From Candidatus Omnitrophota bacterium (lineage in GTDB: Bacteria; Omnitrophota; Gorgyraeia; Zapsychrales; Fredricksoniimonadaceae), in NCBI GenBank assembly GCA_028865345.1, contig JAGWKL010000006.1, forward strand, positions 2,724-66,723: a stretch of DNA of 64,000 nt. Reading direction: 5' to 3'. Shown here in pieces: positions 45,662-55,293 of the stretch (the stretch's first letter is position 1; the number at the start of each line of letters is the position of its first letter). Both the position numbers and the translations under genes were made by a program. The notes under the pieces were generated by a model, which saw only the letters and a program-made list of their open reading frames with translations, made no database searches and had not been told where the DNA came from.

Positions 45662-46066
45662 ATGGTACAAGTTGAACTGTCCCGCATCATCATCGACGAG
45701 AAGCGCCAGGACCAGGTGATCGTCCTTAAGGAAAAAGGGGGAGAACGGCAGGTCCCCATCGTCATCGGTTTCATGGAGGCTTCTTCCATCAAGATCAAGG
45801 TCTCCGGTGTCGACGTGCCCCGGCCCATGACCCATGACCTTTTGGTGAGCGTAATGAAGGTCCTGGGCGGCCATCTGGAGAGGGTCGTCATCGACAAGCT
45901 CGTCAACAACACCTTCCATGCCAAGCTGGAGATCAAATCCAAGGAGGGAGGGGCCAAGACCATTGATTCCCGTCCCTCGGACAGCATCGCCCTGGCCGTG
46001 CGCCTCAAAGCGCCCATTTTTGTGGCGGAAGAAGTCTTGCAAAAATCGTCATTGTCCCAATCGTAA
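45662..46066 (+). CDS. Bifunctional nuclease family protein (DUF151)
   Basis: PI.IG..EA, RPMTHDL, DSRPSDSIALAVR..APIFV. Confidence 0.92.
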   Translation: MVQVELSRIIIDEKRQDQVIVLKEKGGERQVPIVIGFMEASSIKIKVSGVDVPRPMTHDLLVSVMKVLGGHLERVVIDKLVNNTFHAKLEIKSKEGGAKTIDSRPSDSIALAVRLKAPIFVAEEVLQKSSLSQS

Positions 46067-46078
46067 TAAAAACCGGCG

Positions 46079-47518
46079 ATGAGAGACCCATCGAATTTGA
46101 CATCCTTGATTGAGGTTTATCCTCCCCTGGGCGTGTTTCGCCGGGCGCTGGCTGACTGCGGCGGACGCGTCATGCTGGTGGGGGGCGCCCTGCGGGATTA
46201 TTATCTCGGCCGCCCCTGCTGCGATTTCGATTTTGCCGTCGAGAATGGTGCGATCGCCTTGTCCCGGAAACTGGCCCGCCGGCTTAAGGCAAGTTTTGTC
46301 CTGCTGGATGCCCAAGCGGGCTGCGCCCGTATTGTCAAGAAATCCGATGGCGCGGTGTGGACCTTTGACTTGACCGATTGGCGGGGCACAAGCATCCGGC
46401 AGGACCTGCACAAGCGCGACTTCACCATCAATGCCCTGGCCACGGACATCAAGGCCGCTTCAATGGATGTGCCTGAAATCCTGGAAGTGAGAGGGGCCCG
46501 GCGGGACATAAAGACGGGGCGGATACGGATGGTCGGCCCCAAAGCCTTTAAGGACGATCCTTTAAGGCTGTTGCGCGCCTTCAGCCTGTCGGCCGGCCTC
46601 GGCTTTCAGATCGATGCCCGCACCCGGCTGCAAATTAAAAAAGACGCGAGGCTGATCACGGCGGCGGCCGTCGAAAGGGTCCGTGAAGAGATTTTTAAAG
46701 TTTTAACCTCGCCGCGTGCGTATGAAACATTGTCTGATATGGACAAGATGGGGCTTTTGCCCAGGGTCATGCCCCAGATCACCGTCATGTACGGCATCCA
46801 TCAAGGCGGATATCATCATCTGGATGTGTGGCGGCACTCGCTGGACGTTGTCCGCAACCTGGAAGAATTGACGCAAGAGCCTGGTTTTGACGGCCGGATC
46901 AAGGCGTATTTGGACGAGATCATCGGCGGTGGACATACCCGCGCGGCGCTTTTGAAAATGGCGGCTTTGCTGCATGACATCGGCAAACCGCAGACCCGCC
47001 GGCAGGCACAAGGCCGCACGACCTTTCACGGGCACGAGCACGCGGGTGAGCGCATCACCCGTCTGGTCGCCAGGCAGCTGAAATTGTCCGTCAAAGAGCG
47101 TTATTTCCTGGAGGACGCGGTGCGCATGCATTTAAGGCCAGGGTATCTTTCGAATTTCAAGCGTCCCAGCGAAAAAGCTGTTTTCAGGTATATGCGCGAT
47201 TCCGGCGCGGAGGCGGCGGGCATTGCGCTTTTGGCCATGGCCGACCAGGCCGCCACCCGCGGCCCCCTCACTACCGGGGAGAAAACCAGGCACCATGCTA
47301 AAATCTGCCGCATGCTCCTGGAGCGTTATTTCGCATCGAAAGAACAGAAACCCCGGCAGCGGCTTTTAACGGGGCATGATCTCATCAACGTCCTGAAGTT
47401 AAAACCGTCGGAGCTGTTCGGAAAGATTCTTAGCCAAGTCGAAGAAGCGCATGCGCTGGGAAAAATCAAAACGAAGCAGGAGGCCCTGGCCCTGGCGCGG
47501 AAGATTTTAAAGGACTAA
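46079..47518 (+). CDS. Class II tRNA nucleotidyltransferase with HD domain (probably CC-adding)
   Basis: VGGALRD..D.DF, RDFTINA, DDPLR.LR, LLHDIGK; short segment between motifs A and B. Confidence 0.88.
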   Translation: MRDPSNLTSLIEVYPPLGVFRRALADCGGRVMLVGGALRDYYLGRPCCDFDFAVENGAIALSRKLARRLKASFVLLDAQAGCARIVKKSDGAVWTFDLTDWRGTSIRQDLHKRDFTINALATDIKAASMDVPEILEVRGARRDIKTGRIRMVGPKAFKDDPLRLLRAFSLSAGLGFQIDARTRLQIKKDARLITAAAVERVREEIFKVLTSPRAYETLSDMDKMGLLPRVMPQITVMYGIHQGGYHHLDVWRHSLDVVRNLEELTQEPGFDGRIKAYLDEIIGGGHTRAALLKMAALLHDIGKPQTRRQAQGRTTFHGHEHAGERITRLVARQLKLSVKERYFLEDAVRMHLRPGYLSNFKRPSEKAVFRYMRDSGAEAAGIALLAMADQAATRGPLTTGEKTRHHAKICRMLLERYFASKEQKPRQRLLTGHDLINVLKLKPSELFGKILSQVEEAHALGKIKTKQEALALARKILKD

Positions 47519-47524
47519 ATTTAT

Positions 47525-47690
47525 TTCTTGGACTCATCGGGTGGTGAGGAGCGATGTTAACGGGCGCACGGCAACTGCCCCAGTCATCTAAATCAGGGAA
47601 ACCACCCTTTTGGCCGCTGATAGGGTTGCCATTCGCCAAGAGGAGCGCGTTAACATCGCGACGAGCCAGGACCCGATGAGTGGGAAGTCG
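47525..47690. repeat. Long rod-like nested inverted-repeat element (structured repeat or ncRNA)
   Basis: ACTCATCGGGT/ACCCGATGAGT, GCGATGTTAACG/CGTTAACATCGC, GGCAAC/GTTGCC, ATCAG/CTGAT nested stems. Confidence 0.7.
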
Positions 47691-47713
47691 CAAAAGCAGC
47701 GAATTTATCAAGT

Positions 47714-48352
47714 ATGCGATTATACAAACTCAATGAAACGGTTTTAAGCATCAAAGGTAACGCGGACGCCTTTTTAAACGGGCTGACGTCCAATACGTTG
47801 GACGCGCCGCATAATGCTTTTTTAAACCAGCACGGCCGCATCATTGCCACCTTCCGCCAGAAAAAAATTTCCGGCGAGGAATTTTTGATCAGCGTGCCGG
47901 CCGTTGCCGCAGACAATCTTTTAAAGCATCTGGAACGTTACGCGAAGCTTAGCCATGTGCGCCTTGAGGTGGGCCCCCAAAAGGTCTACATGGATCTGGA
48001 TACGGCGCAAACCGTTTGGGGGCCGCAGGGGCATGCCGGCGACGTCACCGACGACGAATTTACACTGTTTCGTCTTGACCATCAGATGCCGCTCATGGGA
48101 ATTGATTATCAGGCTGATGAATTCATCCTCAACGTGCATGAATTGGATTATGTTTCGTATGTCAAGGGCTGTTTTCTTGGGCAGGAACCGGTGGCCAAGG
48201 TGCATAACCGTTCCCGGCCCACGCGCAAATTGATCGTGCAGGACGAACTCCGGTGTTCCGCCGAAGAGGCCTCCCAAATGACCTCCAAAGCCCTTGATCC
48301 CAAGAGCGGCAGGATCAAAGGCTTTGTATTTGTGAGCAATAAACCGTCTTGA
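47714..48352 (+). CDS. Short YgfZ/CAF17-like folate-binding Fe-S maturation protein
   Basis: G.ADAFLNGLTSN, FLN..GRI, KGCFLGQE signature. Confidence 0.85.
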   Translation: MRLYKLNETVLSIKGNADAFLNGLTSNTLDAPHNAFLNQHGRIIATFRQKKISGEEFLISVPAVAADNLLKHLERYAKLSHVRLEVGPQKVYMDLDTAQTVWGPQGHAGDVTDDEFTLFRLDHQMPLMGIDYQADEFILNVHELDYVSYVKGCFLGQEPVAKVHNRSRPTRKLIVQDELRCSAEEASQMTSKALDPKSGRIKGFVFVSNKPS

Positions 48353-48404
48353 GAATTATTTGCTCGTTCTTGCCCCACCGGGCATAAGCCGTTATAATTG
48401 AAGC

Positions 48405-49250
48405 GTGAGATTCCCTCTTCTTATCGGTATGCTGGTTTTTTTATGCGCGTCTCCGGATGCCGGCGCTCAACAGCCCCAGGGGTTGTCCGCTTCCGCGCCC
48501 GACCAATGGCAGATGACCCTGGACACGATCCAGTCCAGGGCCCAGGTCTTGATGGGGCGCAACAACCAATTGCAGCTTGAAAACCGGCAGCTGGCCGATC
48601 AGGTGCAAAAATTACAGCAATCGATCACCTTGCAACAAAATAAGAATGACCGGATGGGGCAGTTTTTGAAACAACGCCGCGGGCGGACAGACCAACAGAT
48701 GCGCATGGATGAATTGGCCCAAGGCATTCAAGCGGACAAGCAGCAGCTCCGCAGCCTTGACGATCAGCTGAGAGATTTGAAACGGCAACAGGCGGGCCTG
48801 GGGACCGAAGTCGAACAGATCACAAAAACAGCGCCCCAGGACGGGGACGCGCTTGCTCCCTGGCGCAAGCAGCTTGAAGATGAAGACGGCCGGGAAGCGG
48901 TTTTGGAAAATCAACTTCAGAGCTTGAAGTCCATAACGGCAAACCCGGCGGAAACCGAGGCCCAGAGGCTCCAACAACTCCAAAAACGCAAGCAACAACT
49001 GGCGGCTGATATCAGTTCTTATGCGTCGCGTCTGGATGAATTAAGGCAGGAGGCCCTTGCCGCCCTGTCATGGCAGGTCCGGAAAAAACGGCTGGTCCAT
49101 CAATTGGTCGTCGCCGATGCCTTCAACAACCGGATGCGCGCTCAGATCAGGGTGCTGCAGGAAGACATCCAAATTTTGAAAGACAAGGTGTCCCAGCTGG
49201 AAAGCCGCATGGATGCAGGTCAAGGCGTGGATCTGTTCACGCAGCCATAA
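48405..49250 (+). CDS. Secreted Gln-rich coiled-coil protein
   Basis: Signal peptide AGA|Q; heptad pattern. Confidence 0.7.
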   Translation: MRFPLLIGMLVFLCASPDAGAQQPQGLSASAPDQWQMTLDTIQSRAQVLMGRNNQLQLENRQLADQVQKLQQSITLQQNKNDRMGQFLKQRRGRTDQQMRMDELAQGIQADKQQLRSLDDQLRDLKRQQAGLGTEVEQITKTAPQDGDALAPWRKQLEDEDGREAVLENQLQSLKSITANPAETEAQRLQQLQKRKQQLAADISSYASRLDELRQEALAALSWQVRKKRLVHQLVVADAFNNRMRAQIRVLQEDIQILKDKVSQLESRMDAGQGVDLFTQP

Positions 49251-49260
49251 GGAGTGTACT

Positions 49261-49593
49261 ATGTCAAAATTGAAACCCAATTCCTCAACGACGGTCCGCG
49301 CGCTGATCGAGGTGTCGATCACTCCCCAGAAAGACGTCGGGTTTGACAGCATCGCCGAGAGGATCTATTCCTATCCCCAGGTCGAAAGCTGTTACCTGGT
49401 ATCCGGCGGTTATGACCTACTGGTCGTCGTGGAGGGGGAGAACATCCATACGGTGGCTGATTTCGTCGCCGCCAAGCTTTCGTCCATGGCCAATGTGCGC
49501 CAGACAGCCACGCATTTTTTACTGCGCAAGTACAAAGAAGAAGGCCGGATCCTGAAACATCCTAAAAGCCAATACAGGCCGAATATTTCGTAA
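49261..49593 (+). CDS. Stand-alone Lrp/AsnC ligand-binding (RAM) domain, no HTH
   Basis: AAGGAG RBS; ALIEV.ITP...GFD.IAERI...V.SCYLVSG.YDL, TATHFLLRKYK. Confidence 0.85.
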   Translation: MSKLKPNSSTTVRALIEVSITPQKDVGFDSIAERIYSYPQVESCYLVSGGYDLLVVVEGENIHTVADFVAAKLSSMANVRQTATHFLLRKYKEEGRILKHPKSQYRPNIS

Positions 49594-49605
49594 AAGGTCC
49601 TATCC

Positions 49606-50757
49606 ATGAGAATTTCTAAACGGGTTGATGGAGTGGCGCCCTCCGGTATCAGGGCTTTTTTTGATCTGGTGCTGGGCATGAAAGACGTGATCTCCTTAGG
49701 CGTGGGAGAGCCGGATTTCGTCACCCCCTGGCACGTGCGCGCGCGCGCCATCGAATCCCTCGAACAGGGTTTTACGTCCTACACTTCCAATAAGGGCATG
49801 ATCGAGTTAAGGGGCGCCATTGCCGCGTTTCTGAAGAAACGCCACCGGCTTGATTATGATCCCGAAGAAGAAATTTTGATCACCGTCGGCGTCAGTGAGG
49901 CCCTGGATCTGGCGATGCGTTCGATCCTCAACCCCGGAGAGAAAATCCTGGTGCCGGAACCGTATTATGTGGCTTACGGTCCGGTCGTGGACCTGGCCGG
50001 CGGAGAGACGGTATTCCTGAAAACTTCCATCGATAACGGCTTCAAAATTACACCGCAGCAGATTGAAAAGGCCGTCGTGCCCGGTGTGCGCGGCCTTCTG
50101 TTGGGGTATCCGTCCAACCCGACGGGCACGTCCTATTCGAAAAAAGAACTGGAAGCGATCTGCCGGGTGGTCAAGAAACATGATTTGTTGGTCATCAGCG
50201 ACGAGCTTTATGATGAGCTGACCTATGACTTCGAGCACACGCCCCTGTCCGCCCTGCCGCAGATGAAAAACCGCGTGATTTATCTCAACGGTTTTTCCAA
50301 AAGCTATGCCATGACGGGTTTTCGTGTCGGGTATGTCTGCGGCCCCGCGGACATTGTGGGGGCCATGACCAAGATCCATCAATACACGAGCTTGTGCGCG
50401 CCCATCACCAGCCAGATGGCGGCCATCGAGGCCATTAAGAACTCCAACGGGGACGTTGCGGCCATGAAAAAGGAATATGACCGCCGCCGCCGCTTTATCG
50501 TCGGCGCTTTGAATGATATCGGTTTGAGATGCCATATGCCGCAGGGGGCTTTTTATGCGTTTCCGTCGATTGCGTCAACCGGGGAAAGCGCCATGGATTT
50601 TGCCAGGAATCTCCTCAAGAAGCAGAAGGTGGCCCTCGTGCCGGGAGATGCTTTCGGCGCAAGCTGCGGGGGGCATGTGCGCATTTCCTACGCGTCGAGC
50701 TATGAAAATTTGAAAGAAGCTGTTTGTCGGATCGAAAAATATTTAAAGAAAAGGTAA
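49606..50757 (+). CDS. PLP-dependent aminotransferase class I/II (YugH/AlaT-like)
   Basis: PSGIR.FFD, SLGVGEPDF, PSNPTG, SDELY, GFSKSYAMTGFRVG. Confidence 0.92.
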   Translation: MRISKRVDGVAPSGIRAFFDLVLGMKDVISLGVGEPDFVTPWHVRARAIESLEQGFTSYTSNKGMIELRGAIAAFLKKRHRLDYDPEEEILITVGVSEALDLAMRSILNPGEKILVPEPYYVAYGPVVDLAGGETVFLKTSIDNGFKITPQQIEKAVVPGVRGLLLGYPSNPTGTSYSKKELEAICRVVKKHDLLVISDELYDELTYDFEHTPLSALPQMKNRVIYLNGFSKSYAMTGFRVGYVCGPADIVGAMTKIHQYTSLCAPITSQMAAIEAIKNSNGDVAAMKKEYDRRRRFIVGALNDIGLRCHMPQGAFYAFPSIASTGESAMDFARNLLKKQKVALVPGDAFGASCGGHVRISYASSYENLKEAVCRIEKYLKKR

Positions 50758-50848
50758 GAATCACCGCTTCTCTACGATTAAAATTAAGGAAAGCGGCACT
50801 TCGAATCAGTGTAAAAACATAGTGGAATTATAAGGAAGGGATCCATCC

Positions 50849-51256
50849 ATGCGCAAAGAGCATGCCGCCAAACTTCCCCGTAAAAAGGAAGACATCGATT
50901 TTGAGATCGCCTTTTATGAGAACATCCTTAAGGAGACGCCGGATTTTATCGAGGCCCTGATCGTCGTCGGGGACCTCTATACCAGGGCCGGCCTGTGGCA
51001 GAAGGGGCTGGACGTGGATTTGAAGCTTTCCCGCCTGAGGCCCGAAGACCCGGTGGTGTTCTATAACCTGGCCTGTTCGTACGCGCTTTTAAACCAGACC
51101 CGGGCGGCCCTGGGCGTCCTGACCAAGGCCATTGATTTCGGTTATGACGATTTCGAACATTTGAAGGGCGACACGGACCTGGACAACCTGCTCAAAGACG
51201 AGCATTTCCAGCAGTACATCAAACAGCTGGAAAAAAAGAAAAAGCTGGCCAGGTGA
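50849..51256 (+). CDS. TPR-containing protein
   Basis: GDLYT..G....[15 protein letters not shown]...L.KAI..GY, D.DL..L. Confidence 0.8.
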   Translation: MRKEHAAKLPRKKEDIDFEIAFYENILKETPDFIEALIVVGDLYTRAGLWQKGLDVDLKLSRLRPEDPVVFYNLACSYALLNQTRAALGVLTKAIDFGYDDFEHLKGDTDLDNLLKDEHFQQYIKQLEKKKKLAR

Positions 51257-51261
51257 CCGGC

Positions 51262-51681
51262 ATGAAACATTTCCGTCAGGAGCTTTGGTTCAACACCAAG
51301 ACGCGCCGGGCCTATATCAATATCACCGGCCGGGTGCAGGATGCCGTCGACAAGAGCGGGGTGCGGGAAGGCCTGTGCCTGGTCAATGCCATGCACATCT
51401 CCGCCAGTGTTTATATCAACGATGATGAGAGCGGCCTTCTGGGGGATTACGACGCCTGGCTGGAGAAATTGGCGCCGCATGAGCCGGTGTCCCAATACCG
51501 GCATAACGACACCGGCGAGGACAATGCGGACGCGCACCTCAAGCGCCAGGTGATGGGACGCGGGGTCGTTGTCGCCGTCACCGGCGGCAAACTGGATTTC
51601 GGTCCCTGGGAGCAGATTTTTTACGGCGAGTTCGACGGCCGCCGCGACAAGCGGGTGCTGGTCAAGATCATAGGAGAGTAG
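51262..51681 (+). CDS. yjbQ: YjbQ/UPF0047 family protein
   Basis: [32 protein letters not shown]. Confidence 0.9.
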   Translation: MKHFRQELWFNTKTRRAYINITGRVQDAVDKSGVREGLCLVNAMHISASVYINDDESGLLGDYDAWLEKLAPHEPVSQYRHNDTGEDNADAHLKRQVMGRGVVVAVTGGKLDFGPWEQIFYGEFDGRRDKRVLVKIIGE

Positions 51682-52587
51682 ATGAGTTTGGTGGTTTTAG
51701 GGACGGTGGCCCTGGATCATGTCAAAACACCGTCGGGAACGAAAAAAGACATGCTGGGCGGTTCCGCGGCGCATTTTGCCATGGCGGCCCGCCTTTTTTG
51801 CGATGTGCACCTGGCGGCCGTGGTGGGCCGCGATTTTCCCCTCAAGCACCTGGAATTTCTGGAACGCAAAGGCATTGATTGTTCGTCGGTGATCATCAGC
51901 CGGGACAAGACCTTCCGGTGGCGGGGGGAATATAAGAAGGAAGACCTGAATACGGCGGTGACCCTGGCCACGGAATTGGGCGCCTTGCAAAGCTACGTGC
52001 CTGAATTGAAAGAACATCAGAGGCATTTGCCCGATGTTTTTCTGGCCAATATCGATCCTGACCTGCAAATGCAGTTGCTTAGGGCTTTAAAGTCCCCCCG
52101 GTTGATCGGCCTCGACAGCATGAATTTGTGGATCACCCACAAACAAAAGTCCCTGCGCCGTTTGATGAAAAAGGTGCATTTATTTGTGGCCAACGACGGC
52201 GAGGCCCGTGCCTTGTCGGGGGAGAACAATTTGATCATGGCGGCCCGGCGCCTGCGTGCCATGGGCCCCGGCATGATCGTTATTAAAAAAGGCGAACACG
52301 GCGTCCTGTTTTACAGCGGGCGGCTGATGTTTTCCTTTCCCGCCTTTCCGGTCGAACGCGTGGTCGATCCCACCGGCGCCGGGGACACCTTTGCCGGAGG
52401 ATTGATGGGATATTTAAGCCGCGCCGGCAGGCTCGATGAGAAGACTTTGCGCAAGGCCTGCGTTTACGCCACAACGGTCGCTTCCTTTAACGTGCAGGGT
52501 TTCGGCATGGCCAGGACCGCATCGCTTTCCCTGCATGAGGTCCAAGAGCGCATGAAGGAACTGGTGAAATTTGCCTCGCTTGCCTGA
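51682..52587 (+). CDS. PfkB family carbohydrate/nucleoside kinase
   Basis: LGGSA, N..EA, KKGEHG, DPTGAGDTFAGG. Confidence 0.9.
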   Translation: MSLVVLGTVALDHVKTPSGTKKDMLGGSAAHFAMAARLFCDVHLAAVVGRDFPLKHLEFLERKGIDCSSVIISRDKTFRWRGEYKKEDLNTAVTLATELGALQSYVPELKEHQRHLPDVFLANIDPDLQMQLLRALKSPRLIGLDSMNLWITHKQKSLRRLMKKVHLFVANDGEARALSGENNLIMAARRLRAMGPGMIVIKKGEHGVLFYSGRLMFSFPAFPVERVVDPTGAGDTFAGGLMGYLSRAGRLDEKTLRKACVYATTVASFNVQGFGMARTASLSLHEVQERMKELVKFASLA

Positions 52588-52588
52588 T

Positions 52589-52855
52589 ATGCATATCCTT
52601 AGAAATATCAGCCTGGCGGCTGCCGTTCTTCTTCCCTTTTTCAATATTCCCATGATCGTCAGGATCGTGCGCCGGCGTTCCTCGGCGGACATATCGACCG
52701 TATGGCTTATGGGCGTATGGATATGCTGCCTGTTGATGGCGCCTTCAGGGTTTACGTCCAAAGATTTGGTCTGGCGTTGCTATAATATCGTCAACCTGGT
52801 TTTATTTACAGGGGTCGTGATCGCGGTCTGGAAGTACAGGAAATCTCATGGATAG
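52589..52855 (+). CDS. SemiSWEET/PQ-loop-like 3-TM protein (PM in place of PQ)
   Basis: PFFNIPMI.RI.RRRSS.DIS, three hydrophobic helices, conserved N in TM3. Confidence 0.7.
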   Translation: MHILRNISLAAAVLLPFFNIPMIVRIVRRRSSADISTVWLMGVWICCLLMAPSGFTSKDLVWRCYNIVNLVLFTGVVIAVWKYRKSHG

Positions 52856-53774
52856 AAAATTAAAAAGCGGCATGGTGGCCATTGTGGGCAGGCCCAATGT
52901 GGGCAAATCCACGCTTTTGAATTGCCTTTTGGGCGAGAAGGTGTCCATTGTGTCCGACGTACCGCAAACCACGCGCCGGCAGATACGGGGGATCTATACC
53001 GACCACCGCGGCCAGATCGTTTTTATCGACACGCCGGGCCTGCATTCGGGGCGCGACAAACTGGACAAATACATGAGCCGGGCCTCTACGGGAAGCATCG
53101 ACGGCACGGATGTGGTCATTCATCTGGTGGATGCCAGTGAAAAGACAGGCCCGGAAGAAAGGCAGGTGGTCGGCCGGCTCGATGCCTGCGGCAAGCCCAT
53201 CATCGTGGGCTTAAACAAGGTGGATGTCACCAAGGGCAAATTCGTTCCCGAGTACATCAAGCTTTGGGAAGACCTGCGCGGCATGCCGGTGACGGAAATG
53301 AAGGACATGACGCTGCTGCCCCTTTCCGCGCTTAAAGGGACCAACGTCAAAAAGTTGGTGGACCTTTTGTTCGAGTTGATGCCGGCGGGCCCGCTGCTTT
53401 ATCCCGAAGATGTGTTGACCGATTTCCCCAAGCGCATGGCCATGGCGGATCTGGTCCGGGAAAAATTATTTTTGCTGATGCGCGAAGAAGTCCCCCATTC
53501 GATCGCCGTGATCATCGAGAGTGTGCGCCCCAAACGCGGCAAGGTCCTGCAGATCCGGGCCGCCATCCTGGTGGAGCGCGAATCCCAGAAAGAGATCGTC
53601 ATAGGCCGTGGCGGCGCCGTGTTAAAGCAGGCGGGGAGCCAGGCGCGCCGGGACCTGGAAGAGCTCGTCGGGCAGAAAGTGTTCCTGGAGCTTTTTGTGA
53701 AGACAAAACCCGATTGGCGCGATGACTATTCCGCCCTCGAAGAGATGGGCTACGTTTTCAGCGATTTGGTATAG
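52848..53774 (+). CDS. era: GTPase Era
   Basis: GRPNVGKST, QTTR, DTPG, NKVD, EEVPHS, KH domain VIGRGG. Confidence 0.96.
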   Translation: MDRKLKSGMVAIVGRPNVGKSTLLNCLLGEKVSIVSDVPQTTRRQIRGIYTDHRGQIVFIDTPGLHSGRDKLDKYMSRASTGSIDGTDVVIHLVDASEKTGPEERQVVGRLDACGKPIIVGLNKVDVTKGKFVPEYIKLWEDLRGMPVTEMKDMTLLPLSALKGTNVKKLVDLLFELMPAGPLLYPEDVLTDFPKRMAMADLVREKLFLLMREEVPHSIAVIIESVRPKRGKVLQIRAAILVERESQKEIVIGRGGAVLKQAGSQARRDLEELVGQKVFLELFVKTKPDWRDDYSALEEMGYVFSDLV

Positions 53775-53838
53775 CAGGATCAATTTATTTTTTTGTTCAT
53801 GCCTATTGTTTCCAGAAATTTTTATCCCTACACATACA

Positions 53839-54510
53839 ATGAGCGCTGAACTGTTAGACAATAGACAAATCGCTGAGGTGATCAAACGGCTGAAGGTTGC
53901 CATGCGAGACCTGCCTGACCCGTCGGTGACGCTGGTCGGCAAGAAATTCAAGAGCCCTTTCTTGGTGCTGATCTCCTGCCTGCTTAGCCTTCGCACCCAG
54001 GACAAAACCACCTTGCCCGCCTGCGAACGCCTTTTTGCCCGCGCCGACACCATGGAAGGCATGCTCAAGGTCCCGCTCGGAGAACTGCGGCGATTGATTT
54101 ATCCCGTCGGATTTTATAAAACCAAGGCCGTACGTATCCACGAGATCTGCCGCGATCTGCTCCATCGTTTCGGCGGGAGGGTGCCGGATGACTTGGACGC
54201 GCTTTTGACGCTCAAAGGGGTGGGGCGCAAGACCGCCAACTTGGTTTTGACCGAGGGCTTCGGCAAACTGGGGATATGCGTGGACACCCATGTGCACCGC
54301 ATCTCCAACCGCCTGGGCTATATTCGCAGCCGCAGCGCGGAAGAGACGGAATTTGCCTTAAGAAAGAAGCTGCCGCAACACTATTGGATCGAATACAACG
54401 CCTTGCTGGTGACCTGGGGCCAGAATGTTTGTAAACCCATTTCACCGGTTTGTTCCGGATGCCCGGTCAACACCATCTGCCGGCGCGTGAATGTCACTGC
54501 CAGCCGTTAG
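53839..54510 (+). CDS. nth: Endonuclease III
   Basis: LS.RT.D, L.GVGRKTAN, VDTHV.R, C.PISP.C..CP....C Fe-S motif. Confidence 0.94.
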   Translation: MSAELLDNRQIAEVIKRLKVAMRDLPDPSVTLVGKKFKSPFLVLISCLLSLRTQDKTTLPACERLFARADTMEGMLKVPLGELRRLIYPVGFYKTKAVRIHEICRDLLHRFGGRVPDDLDALLTLKGVGRKTANLVLTEGFGKLGICVDTHVHRISNRLGYIRSRSAEETEFALRKKLPQHYWIEYNALLVTWGQNVCKPISPVCSGCPVNTICRRVNVTASR

Positions 54511-54653
54511 CGGGTCCATTATCAAAATCCTCTTGTTAAAGCCTGACTCCTAATTAATCTTAAAATTAGCCCTTGTAGATGAAGAATGTTAATGGTAACT
54601 TTTAATTAGGCATACAGAGATGCGATTTGAGGGAGGGGTGAAAAAAGCAAGCA

Positions 54654-55127
54654 ATGAAAAAAATCGGGACCAAGAACGGTTTTACCCTGATAGAAATTAT
54701 CGTTGTCCTGATCATTGTCGGCATCCTGGCGGCCATCAGCCTGCCTAATCTGTTCCAAAATATCGAGAAAAGCGGGAGCGCTCAAGCTTTAACATTGTTG
54801 GATAGTTATAAAACACCGATAGAAGCCTGTTGCGAGTTATACGAGACACATCCCTATGCCGGAGGACCGTGCAGTTTGACGGCATTGAACCTTAATACAG
54901 GAGTTCAAAACGGCTGGACTATTTCAATATCGCCTACCGGAACAGGAGCTCAAACCGCCACAAAAGGTGCGTGGACGGCGTGGGGAGGGGCACCTGAAAA
55001 CAATGATTTGACATATACTCTTATAGCTTCGGATGCGGCGGGTGATACAATTACATTAATTAGAAATGTGGACGGCACAGTGACATGTTCAACCGGTTCA
55101 GCGGGTCCATATACAGGTATTTGTTAA
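54654..55127 (+). CDS. Type IV pilin-like protein
   Basis: GGAGG RBS; basic leader then G|FTLIEII.V..IVGILAAI..P; C-terminal cysteines; AT-richer than neighbours. Confidence 0.9.
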   Translation: MKKIGTKNGFTLIEIIVVLIIVGILAAISLPNLFQNIEKSGSAQALTLLDSYKTPIEACCELYETHPYAGGPCSLTALNLNTGVQNGWTISISPTGTGAQTATKGAWTAWGGAPENNDLTYTLIASDAAGDTITLIRNVDGTVTCSTGSAGPYTGIC

Positions 55128-55293
55128 AAAATTCCAAGAGAAGATGAAGGATTTTCCATAAATTCTCCAGCCTGACTCCGGATCAGAAAAGCGGTCTAAC
55201 CGGCAAAAGGATGCGTATCCGGAATCCGGGTAAAGATATTTAGAAAAAAATTCATGGCAATTTTGCGTATTTTTGATAAATTGTAGACAAAAT

